From Patellaria atrata CBS 101060 (taxonomy: Eukaryota): 20,000 nucleotides of DNA. Below the pieces are notes generated by a model. That model worked only from the letters and a program-made list of their open reading frames with translations, was not told the origin of the DNA and made no database searches. The position numbers and the translations under genes were made by a program. The DNA is taken from assembly GCA_010093705.1 (NCBI GenBank), contig MU006098.1, positions 534,780 through 554,779 of the forward strand. Direction: 5' to 3'. The number at the start of each line of letters is the position of its first letter. Position 1 is the stretch's first letter. Shown here one piece after another: positions 10,355-20,000 of the stretch.

Positions 10355-10824
10355 TTTCAATTTCCAAGGGCTAAGAAATACCATATCAGCATTGAAATCG
10401 CGCAAAGACCAAACAGAATTCTTATACATGAATCGCACTACTTTACGAGTGACTAGCCTAGCAGACGCGAGTTTAAATGAATGAATGAATGACATCTCAC
10501 ACTGTCAATTCCCCTGGTGACTGAGACTCTGAATATATTTTTCTTTCTGTCTTACATTTGGTATAGCAGCACTTCTTTTTGACGTTCCTGTACAGAGTAT
10601 TTACTGTATGTAAAGTACTCCCACTTGCTCCGTCGGGTACGAAGGAGAGAGGAGGCTCGGCCCGCTTGATGGGATCGAAGGATTTAGCCTCTTCTTGTGA
10701 TTTCTTTCTTCATACCGCAATCATTTAATTTCAGTCTTCACTCAAAAACAGGACCAGTCAAGTTGATGATTCTATCAAATTTTATGGCGGTTCTTCAGCC
10801 ACATATAGTTCTACCTAGAATGGG

Positions 10825-11800
10825 TTGTGCTCTGTGAAACGGCACCTGAACGAGATAGGGTTGCTTTGGCCCTGCGGACGAGGAATGCGGGGGGCCAAAC
10901 TCACCCAACCAACTCCCTGGCTTCGCCTTATGACCTTAAAACTCCACAAAGGCATCCACAACCGAAGAGCTTCCCTCTTCATGGGCGAGCTAATGTTCCA
11001 TTATGCGAAAGACCGCGTTGGAGTCCTCTCCGAGTGGGTAATGAGCTTTGAAGGGGCCAAAGTCATTAACCTCACCTCGCAGAACTCCAACTTGCAAACC
11101 AAATCGCGTCACCACACTGTCGGATCACACAGACAATCGGACTTCCCCTAACACCATGCTGAGACCAAGGCTGTGTTGCGAGAGATAGGGTTACGGGCCG
11201 CCCTCGGTCCGATTCGTGCTTGTTGTTCCTTTGAATGGGCTGCGCTGCGAATCACGGTCTCTCAAAGATATCAGGAGTAGAGATGACTGGATCGTTCGCT
11301 ATCACGGTATCATGGCTGGCGGACTTGACCCAAGCCATCGGATACACTCTGTCGCTGTCCAACAAGCCGACATATTTTCTCCAGAATCTGGCGTCACGGT
11401 GTAGTTTGAAGAATGGAGAGCCAACAGTATTTATGCGACCTCTACCGAAATGGGTTGAAGATGGCTATCCATATCTCCATTTTCAGCCTTACGAGAGGTG
11501 AGCACGGACAAGGGCCGTGGTCTGTTGTTGCGGAGAATAGGCATTGCTTGCAGTCGACAGCTGTTTTCGTCTGCGTTGGAGGTATCTTACTGGGAGAACG
11601 CAACTTACCTGGATCCTCCAGGCTCAATAAGGACGGCAAAGTATGTCATCAAGTTGTATTGATGCGACGGCAATATTGCGCATCCAATTGCGATTTCGTA
11701 CTCTTCAATGGGTGGTCAGCGCAGGCACCCGGAAAGCTTTTCTTGCGTTGCCCTAGCCAGACATCTTGAAGGATTCTGCGTTTATATTATTATCGGTGAG
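10825..11800 (+). pseudogene. Possible degraded gene of unknown family
   Basis: Visibly more GC-balanced than its flanks, with successive protein-like segments in shifting plus frames (LRLMTLKLHKGIHNRRASLFMGELMFHYAKDRVGVLSEWV; TKAVLREIGLRAALGPIR; RSRDDWIVRYHGIMAGGLDPSH; LEVSYWENATYLDPPGSIRTAKYVIKLY). No spliced model could be built and no family was recognised. Confidence 0.25.
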
Positions 11801-12847
11801 TGAGGGAATTGATACTGGTTACGGGATTGCTCATTGGGATAGTCTCGAGTATACAGGTCTTCTGTAACGCTACCATACCGTACCAGAAAGGCTGAGCAGT
11901 GCGAGCTGCAGACGGCGAGAGAAGTTCAGTCGGCGTCTTTTAGGAATGAGATACGGACAAGAGTGATAGTTCAGCTGATAACGTTCCGTTTTATTTGATA
12001 AACTGAGCCACTCTCTGCTTAACTAATTCGAATCTTTATTTCTTTTTTTACGTTCCCCAGGTCTAGCCACTAAGACTAGGTAGTTCTCTACGATTCGCGT
12101 CTCAGCCGTTCCCGCCCCCATAGGGAGTACTCGAGATAGTTATTAGCGTCTCCCACGCTGATTTTGGAGATCCCACGCTCCTCCACCAACTCTCTTTTAT
12201 CTCTACATTCCTCCAAACCTCGAACTTCTTCCTTCCCGCCTGAATCTTCCCCCTTTATCTGAACCACTTTATCCCTTGCGAGGATCATTGATTCAGCATT
12301 ATCTCCACGACACTCCCAGTTCAAAATTAATACAATTTAAGGATATCTTAGGCTCAGCTCTGGGCCGGGAGCAAATCAGAAGAGGCGGGATATCATTCAG
12401 CATTCTCATCTCACCGCGTCTCACCGTGTTTTCAGAAGCTCTTCAATCCATGTAACAATTCATCACGGTTCGCTACCTCATTCGGTTCTATTCACTTCTA
12501 GAGTTCCAATAACTTTTTCCATCACTGTCTTCCCCATTTGATCTCTGTCCGTTTTTCTTCAATTTAACAGAATTTGTTCTCGCGAGCCGTTTGCCAAAGT
12601 TACACAACCAAACGGACTTCCACGTCAAAGCTTAGGCAGAACGACTGCAGCCGCTGAAGCGTTCTGGGTCGAACCTTTCTGAGTCACCCTTACTATTGTT
12701 GCGTATAGTCTCTAGCAAGACCGCAATACATGCTGACCAACTACCAATGACTGACGGTTCCTGATATTGGAGCATATCTGCTCTTCTACCTTTCCTTTCC
12801 GAGCAAAAACCGAACTAACTTATACTCTCCTACGAACCGAGAGCATC

Positions 12848-14005
12848 ATGTCCAACCAGTGCGGCAACTGCCACAACGGGGCCTTCACTCCCAATGGCGG
12901 TTTCAGTGGAGCTTTGGGCTCGAATGTATCGACTAGCGTTGCCATGGCTATGGCCTCTTTCACCGGAATCGCTAGCTATAATGCTGTCGAGCTGATCTAC
13001 CTTATCTTATCCACCTTCAAAACATATCACAGTCTCTACTTTTGGAGTCTGCTGAGTTCCTCCTTTGGAGTCCCTGTGTACGCCATCGCCTTTATGTTCA
13101 AGTACTTCGACGTTGCTGGAAACGATATCGTGACTATGGTCTTCGTAGTAATAGCCTGGTGTTTTATGGTTACCGGACAGTCCGTCGTCCTCTACTCCCG
13201 GCTTAGTCTCGTCTGCCACAGCCTGACAAAGCGCCGTGCTGTCCTTGCTATGATCATCTTCGACGCAATAATCTGCCACATCCCGATCGCCGTCCTCTCC
13301 ATCGGCGCCAATAGTGGCAGCGGTGCCGCATCCCGCTTCGAAAGACCCTACTCGCTATACACCAATGTGCACATCTCTATTTTCTTCGCGCAGGAGACGA
13401 TCATTAGCTCCCTCTACATCTGGGAGACCTACAAGCTCCTAAAGCAATCTTCCGGAATCATGAATCCAGACGGTGATACGCCACGTGGAGACCACCGCAA
13501 GATGCTTAAGCACCTCGTACTCATGAACATTGTCATCATCCTCTTAGATCTATCGTATTTGCTGATCCAGTTCATGGGCAAGTTTGCGATCCATACGGTA
13601 TACAAGGCCATGGTGTATAGCATCAAGCTAAAGATGGAGTTCCGCATCCTGAACCAACTCATCGCCATCACCACCACGAACAGGACGAGCTCCGCTCACT
13701 CCGGGGCCACTACAATTGCTTCAAGCAGACATCCATCATACCCCTTGGCGGAGAAGAGGGAGGGTGCGTTTGCGGCGGATGGGCTGCATTATCGCTCTGT
13801 GGCTATCAAAGCCCAAGCAAGGGACGAACCCCAACTTGGATTCCCGAAAGACGAGATCTTCGTCCTACATGAGACATCAATCCGGTTCGGGAGCTCCAGT
13901 GTGTCTGAGTCCGAAGCAGTGACACCGTTCGATACCAATTCGCAATCGCAATTGCAGTTGACGCAGGAGAGCGATGAACCCACGAGGGACAGCAGACAGG
14001 TCTAA
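12848..14005 (+). CDS. Fungal multi-pass (~7 TM) integral membrane protein, DUF7703-like, 385 aa
   Basis: Single long ORF; first ATG at 12848 (ATCATGT), since the track start at 12767 is a TTG. Family-type motifs YNAVEL..F..Y.SLYFWSLL, MVTGQSVVLYSRL, FFAQETIISSLYIWET, YSIKLKMEFRILNQL. About seven hydrophobic segments, then a Ser/Thr-rich polar C-tail. Confidence 0.88.
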   Translation: MSNQCGNCHNGAFTPNGGFSGALGSNVSTSVAMAMASFTGIASYNAVELIYLILSTFKTYHSLYFWSLLSSSFGVPVYAIAFMFKYFDVAGNDIVTMVFVVIAWCFMVTGQSVVLYSRLSLVCHSLTKRRAVLAMIIFDAIICHIPIAVLSIGANSGSGAASRFERPYSLYTNVHISIFFAQETIISSLYIWETYKLLKQSSGIMNPDGDTPRGDHRKMLKHLVLMNIVIILLDLSYLLIQFMGKFAIHTVYKAMVYSIKLKMEFRILNQLIAITTTNRTSSAHSGATTIASSRHPSYPLAEKREGAFAADGLHYRSVAIKAQARDEPQLGFPKDEIFVLHETSIRFGSSSVSESEAVTPFDTNSQSQLQLTQESDEPTRDSRQV

Positions 14006-15658
14006 ATATGAACAAAGAAGATACTGAGGCGTATGTAAGAAGAATTTAAGGCGTTAGGTTGGGGTTGGGGGAAATATTTGGTATTGAAAATTTATGTGAA
14101 AAATAATAAAGAGGTTTCAACCTCAGGGTAGACTCATCGGCTGTCTGGCTTCCAAAGATTTGGGGCTATGTTGGAGTGTTATGGTGTATTGGTTATCTGC
14201 GAGGGAATAGGATCAAGAGGATCATGGCACTGTCACAGAGGATACGGCGTAGGCGCATCGAAGCGAGTTACGATTACAGGATACCACTATGTAGGGATAT
14301 GAAGATGACATGAGGCTACGACTAAATCCCCTTAACTCTGATTTTCTTTCTTTTTTCATCATTTTGTGCTTTTTCAGAATACCCCCATACAGTAGCGATT
14401 AGTATTGATTTCAAAAGTCTTTCGAGTTGTGGACAAGTAGTCCGCTAGAATAGCAGCCAGGATAATGTTTACTACTCTAACCTCCTCTTGGGTACATTGA
14501 GTCTCTGCGATATCTTCTAACTTTCCGATATCCTAGTTGATGACTCAACTATACCTTCCGCAATAACAAGACACGTCCCTCGATCAAATTACCAAAATAT
14601 CTTTTCCCTCTTATGACAGGCATACTAAACTCGATCAAGGGGAACTGGTGGTCGAATTAGCGTCGAATATTGAATGAAGAATAAGTTTAGTAGTGTAACA
14701 CCGTTAGACTTGTTAGAGCTCATGACATCCCTATTTGAACACACTTTCAAAGAAGATAAGGGACAATCCCTAATACCGTTAGATGAGAAAATGCAAAAAT
14801 TCCCTTAGGAAGAAGTTAGGGACTCAGACCTTAAACAAAGTGAGCAGCAAGTTCTAAGCCCCCGTACGGGAAATCAAACAAGGTCCTTATATATCATTGA
14901 ATACGTGAACAACATTCATATAAATCTACTCAGTGATCAAATAGTGTGAGCCTCAGATTCGCATCATGTCACCCAGTGTTGTGGTCTCCCCGACGCTATA
15001 TATTCGATTCCCGGCCTTGCTGAAGGCTAGAATGGGGGGAGGGGACTCAGGATAGTGATCTGAGATCATACAGAGGGGCGGGCCGTATAGAGGATTCTCT
15101 CTTTTTTTTTTTCTAATTATTTTTTCTCTCCCTTTTTTGCTCTACTTAATTATATTAAATAGAAGTGCTTGGAATAGCAGTAGAGAAGAACTTTAGGGCT
15201 AAAACGACCTGTTTACTAGATAGGGAATAGATAAACAGGTAAGTATACTAGAGTTTTGTAAAACATGAAGAATTGATATACCAATACTGCCGCAGTAACG
15301 TAAAGTCTGCCTCGCAGTCAACGGAAGAAAGAAAAAAAAAATCTAACTTTCTCCTATTCCAGCAATTGTATAGGAGTGGAGGGAGCCCTTCGAAATAACA
15401 ATCCAAGCCTTCCCCATGTCATCCTGATGTTCGGGGGCTAAGCAACAACAAAAAGATGCGCTTAATGGAAAGCGTTCATAATTTTGTAATTGTGTCACTG
15501 GTGAAAGAGGACAAGAGACTATTTCAAAGGTTCGACTCTTATATTCTCGGGATACAGTCTAACAGGAAGTCCAGCAATCTCTGCTTCGCCCAATCATCCA
15601 CCATGACTTAAGCCAGTTCTCATTGCCCTTCGCTCTCCCTCTTTACCGTTCGAACACC

Positions 15659-16667
15659 CTAAAGTCCAAACCAAGTCATCACACTCGGCTCATGCACCGG
15701 AACCACATGCCCAACCCCCCTAGCCGAATAAGCCTGCAACCTCGTATCATCCCCAAACACCATCTTCGTATACCCGCTGAGCGGAGTATTCGTCACGTTC
15801 CTCTGGAAGCTTACACCCAGCACGTCAGTCCACTGCTTCACCATCTCCGCTAGATTCTTATAGCTGACAAAGTTATCCGCCTCGCCGTGCCACAGCTGGA
15901 CCTTCGGCCTCGTGCCGTTGAACGCGGGATAAGCGCTGCGGACCATGTTGCCCCACTCGGTGGCGGACTTGACGACCTGCCCGTTCGCGCACTTGGGGTC
16001 TGCGGTCTGCGGAGAGGCTCCGGGGGAACCGGCGAGACAGCCGTACCCGACGCCGCTGAAGACTGCGCCGGCGGAGAAGAGGTCCGGGTATGTGGCTAGC
16101 ATGACGGAGGTCATCATGCCGCCGCTGCTGGTGCCGAGGACGAACACTTTGGCCGGGTCCGCGGTGTACTTCTGGATGGTGTATTGGACCATTGCGGCGA
16201 GGCCTTGGGAGTCACCGCCGCCGTTACGGGCGAGAGACTTCGCGGAGGCGACGTCCCAGCAGTTATTGTCTTTGGTTGTGCCGGGATAGATGATGATGAA
16301 GCCCTTTTGGTCGGCAAGGGAGGGGAGCTTGGTCGAGGTGTAGTATGCTTGGGCTGAGCCACCGCAGTAGTGAAGCTGGTGGAGTTAACGGAAGGAATCA
16401 ATGGTTAAGCAGTAGGGTTAGGAAATTGAAGGGGAATGGAATAAATACGTGAAGCGTGATGTAGGGCTAAACGAGAAAGAATGGAGAGTATCTTACCGCG
16501 AGAACAACTGCAGGATTAGGTGCAACATTGTTCGGAACGTAGATCCACATGCCAATGTTGGATGGATTGCTTCCCCAGTTTGTGACTTGAGTTAGGGAAG
16601 CCGCCCATGCTGCTGATACAAGTGCGAAGACCGCAAGTAAAGAGCGTAAGAAAGAACTTGAAGCCAT
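15659..16667 (-). CDS. Secreted carbohydrate esterase family 1 enzyme (acetylxylan esterase / feruloyl esterase, esterase-PHB family), 295 aa; exons 16667-16497 and 16375-15659
   Basis: Signal peptide MASSSFLRSLLAVFALVSAAWA, then ASLTQVTNWGSNPSNIGMWIYVP. 121-nt phase-0 intron 16496-16376 (GTAAGA..TTAAC..CAG) joins VVLA to LHYCGGSA. Also NCWDV, GGDSQG, nucleophile GTSSG, HGEAD and GVGH. Ends at WFGL with no CBM1. Confidence 0.95.
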
Positions 16668-16724
16668 TGTTATTTGCAAAGACCTTGTGTTGTTTTGCTT
16701 GCCTTTTAGGATGAAGATGATGTC

Positions 16725-16732
16725 TTTTTATA
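16725..16732 (-). promoter_or_regulatory. TATA box of the CE1 esterase gene
   Basis: TATAAAAA on the minus strand, 58-65 nt upstream of ATG 16667. Confidence 0.55.
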
Positions 16733-16927
16733 CATATCTATTTGATGCAGATATAAGCGTATGACGGACTGGAACAGCTAGTCTCATTTTATGGGTGTTA
16801 CAATTAATTGGTAATTTGGACGTTGAAGTGTCATTTTAGGCTGCCCGAAGCAAGACATGCTTGAAAACTTTGATATAAATTTTAGTATTGGCGTGGAAGC
16901 TTCATATGACGTGGAAAGCATTATTGT

Positions 16928-16968
16928 CGTCGGTAGAAGAATCGGCATGGCGTCGGTAAGGAAATCGG
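16928..16968. promoter_or_regulatory. Putative Zn(II)2Cys6 transcription factor binding array (4 x TCGG)
   Basis: CGG triplets at 16931, 16943, 16954 and 16966 with spacers of 9, 8 and 9 nt, in an AT-rich promoter ~265-300 nt upstream of the esterase ATG. Confidence 0.4.
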
Positions 16969-19595
16969 TAATCCTTAGTTATAGAGATGAGAGCGCCGAG
17001 ACCAATGACTTCACCATAAAGGGTTGTTAAAATTGAAAAGGTCCTTAAAGGGATAGGAAGAGAGTTAGACTTTAAACACTGTTCCTAAGTCAATTGCGGG
17101 GTGAACTAGGTACTTACCCGGTAATTTAATATTGATACATGGTTATTATTGGTCCAATTTTCTCCTTTTCTGGATGAGTGTTCCGAAATTCAGATATTCT
17201 CGGAAATGGTAATAATAAACATTGCGTAGACGAGTGCTGAAGTAGGTATTCGAGGGCCAATATCACAAACTTTGGCGTACTGCTCCCTGATGTATTCATA
17301 AGAAAAAAGATTGAAATGACCAAGGCTTCAATAGCTTGTACAATTGGTTAGTAAGGGTCTCGTACCTGTCCTTTAGAAACGGCTGCAAGGTAGTAATACT
17401 GGTAGAGGGAGTGATGAATCCGGGTTGAAGGATTTGAACTCCTCAGTTGGTGTAGGAACGACCAGGCTTGTCTATTACCTCAATTTCTGAGAGAAGTAAT
17501 AGTACCGCTTCTAGAAGTAGACCTGCCTACCTGGTAACAGTGGAATAAAGAATCTAGCTGCAAATAACATTTAGTGGTAAACTGATGCTTCTTCTAGGCT
17601 TGACTGGAATTTTGGGGAGAACTGCTGTGGTACTAATATCTAGGATTCGCCATGTTGTAACTATCGCATAAAATAGCGCAGACAATGTATTGCTATTGTA
17701 ACGTATAGAAAGGAAGCATCAATATGTATGTATAACTTGACACAATAAGTAATAGATGATTTTTTTCAATTAAGAAACATCAACTTATAGAAGCTGTATA
17801 TAAGACCTCTAACATGTTCAAGGTTACAGATGCGTGAAGCTGAAGAAAATGTATTAAGAGTGTGTCACATGGGTGATGAGGATGCGAAAGGAAATTGAAC
17901 AATATATGAATAGTCAGAATAGTGTGGGGTGTGGTAAGGTCTCGGTAAGTCGATGTAAAATTTCCGGAGATATCTTGCAATTCTCTTCAAGTAATCTAGA
18001 CGATCTTTTCAAACTCTAAGCCCTGAAAGCGCTCTTTTATCCATAGCTAGGCAAGATGATTTACAATTAAGATTCACTGCAGAGGTCCTTGGCTTCAGAG
18101 AGACGACTTTAGGGCCGGACGTATATGAGCACTGTTTTCAACAAGCTGATGACGATCCATAAAGAGGGAAACTTGGGTTAATGAGTTTGTCCTCAACTTT
18201 CCTCAATGGTTCGTCTCGTGAAGATTGTCGAGACTGGGAAAATATTGCTTTCATGATGTGCAACCTGACCATCATTATACTCTTTGTCAGCGTCTTTGAA
18301 GTTTACGATACATCAATTCAGCACCTTCTTTTCGTCGTCCTTTGTTTTGATGTAGCGTTACTTGTTACCAACGAGAGGTAGATATCTTGTGGTTTCTTTC
18401 AGGAATATTACCACGATAAAGGGGTATAATGAGAGGACTATGATGCCTAACAAACAAGCATCAACTAACAGTCGGCAATGTTCTAGACGAGAAACTTGAA
18501 CCGCAGAGAGATGCCTTCTAGCACCTTAGTAGAACGTTAGGAGAAATTAGGAGGCTTGTATGGTGACAGTGAAGTATCTTCCTTTCAAAGCCGGGGACGA
18601 ATTGAGATTAAGTAGTTCATTCGACAGCGCTAAAGTAAAAAGTAAAGACAAGCGTAGGACTAACTTTTTCTTTGAACCTAACGCGTTCCTTGGGAAAGAA
18701 CCGGGCCAAATTATTCGCTATTCGCTTCCGTCACGCATCAAATGATTCCGGAGGAGGGAGAAGTTCTGGCGTTGTCATTTTTTGATTCGTGAAGGATATC
18801 GGAAAGTGGAAAATTAAGTCGATTGGAAACACTAGGGTAGAGTAGAACGCATGATACGGTGCTCAATTGTAGCCAACACACGAAGTCCATTATTGTTAAG
18901 GAATGTGAAGAAGTCCGATCATCGCCCAAAGAGTATATAGGGCCTTAGTTGGCGTCTACAAGTGCAAAACGTAGTACTCAAATCGACTTAGTTTTGGAGT
19001 TTCTGTACCTAGACTAGCAGCGAGTCTCCTGTCCTCCTAGCTCTTCCCTCTAGGGCTTTGATGTCAGGTAACGGAAAGTCTATCAATACAGGAAGACTCT
19101 CTTTTAATTGTTCTTGTGTTACTACAGTCAACGGGGGCCAATGAATAAGGATCACAAATCTCCATGCGACAAGTAGTCATCTAGATTTCCGGGATCTGTA
19201 TGGCAGCTCGTCAGACAGAGAGCAAGGAAGAAACGAGGGCGCCATATTTTTCGAGATGGTATGAGACGAGTGAAGATTTGATAATGCATCAGTATTCTTT
19301 AATGACCTCTCTCATAGCTCTTTGCTCATTGTGAGTATAGAGTCGGGCTCAAGTAAGCAGCTTCTTAACTGTCGCTTTCCGTGGATCCTCAAGCCCGAAT
19401 TTCGTTGCATCTCTGATGATTTTTACTTCTTGCTAGCTAAAAGAAATATCAAGACAAGGTCCTTAGTTGCCGGGGAGGATGTAAAGATGCAGGTGTAGTT
19501 ACGATAGACTAACAGCCTCTGACAAAATGCTTGAGTCCTGGGTCAGAAACGTTCTAGGGCTTCGGTTAAGGGTCTTGTTCAGGTCGTGCACGGTT

Positions 19596-20000
19596 TCAGA
19601 CCCTCTCCCTCTCCTCCTTATCTTTTTGTCGTTGAAGCTTGCGCTCTTTAGCTTGTTCTTCTTTCTCCTCTTTACGTAGCTGTTGCTGAAGCTTATTATT
19701 TACTTTACGAGCTTCTTCTGCAGCTTCATCCTCCTCCTTTTGCCGTAGGAAATCGCGCGCTTGGGTAATTTTTTGAGGGCTCCAAAACACCGCGCCACCA
19801 TCCTCTATGCTAATTACTCGTTGTAAAAGAGGCTTCTGCCGTTTACGTCGCTTCTTCTCGCCCTCAAGAGCCTTAATTAAACCGAAGTTCTGTTGTTGGA
19901 GGATAGTATTAGAGGCAGAGAGGAATTGAAACTTCGCCTTCAGCTCTTCGACGACAGGGTGCATTACATCAGAAACAACGGTCTCTAGTTTCTTCTCTAT
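19596..20000 (-). mobile_element. C-terminal part of a pogo/Fot1-like (Tc1-mariner superfamily) transposase, probably truncated or degenerate; continues beyond the window
   Basis: The frame is open to the window edge. LQQQNFGLIKALEGEKKRRKRQKPL...GGAVFWSPQKITQAR followed by a K/E/R-rich coiled coil matches my recollection of the tail of fungal DDE_1 transposases. The DDE domain is not in the window. Confidence 0.75.

Noticed and set aside
12767..12847. N-terminal extension MEHICSS... of the membrane protein
   Set aside because: Begins at TTG and contains a CTAAC branch-like motif with a pyrimidine tract, so more likely UTR or UTR intron.
13007..14015. Antisense and alternate-frame ORFs within the membrane protein gene (likewise those over the esterase and BTB-like genes)
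   Set aside because: Shadow ORFs from codon bias of the true reading frame.
1..20000. tRNA, rRNA, snRNA genes, CRISPR arrays, Starship tyrosine recombinase, NLR/HET or amyloid motifs
   Set aside because: None recognised by eye. tRNAscan-SE, Infernal and HMM searches would be needed to exclude divergent cases.

Overview
Eukaryotic, intron-containing DNA from a filamentous ascomycete (short GT-AG introns with CTAAC/CTAAT branch points; gene families typical of Pezizomycotina). There are four credible genes. (1) The 5' end of a conserved fungal leucine-rich-repeat protein gene (minus, ATG 206, missed by the ORF track). (2) A three-exon, ~583 aa uncharacterised protein with a BTB/POZ-like N-terminus (minus, 9179-7315). 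(3) A ~385 aa multi-pass membrane protein of the DUF7703-like type (plus, 12848-14005). (4) A secreted two-exon CE1 acetylxylan/feruloyl esterase (minus, 16667-15659). A diverged, broken tandem paralogue of the BTB-like gene lies at ~4597-5927, and the 3' part of a pogo/Tc1-mariner transposase enters at the right edge. The rest is gene-poor, with several possible decayed coding relics. The observations most worth checking are the intact/dead BTB-like gene pair, a telomere-complementary tract beside a hairpin cluster (2711-3020, a speculative telomerase-RNA-like or other structured RNA candidate), and a four-fold TCGG array upstream of the esterase. I cannot claim a new biological system from this sequence alone. 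Family names come from motif recall, not database searches.
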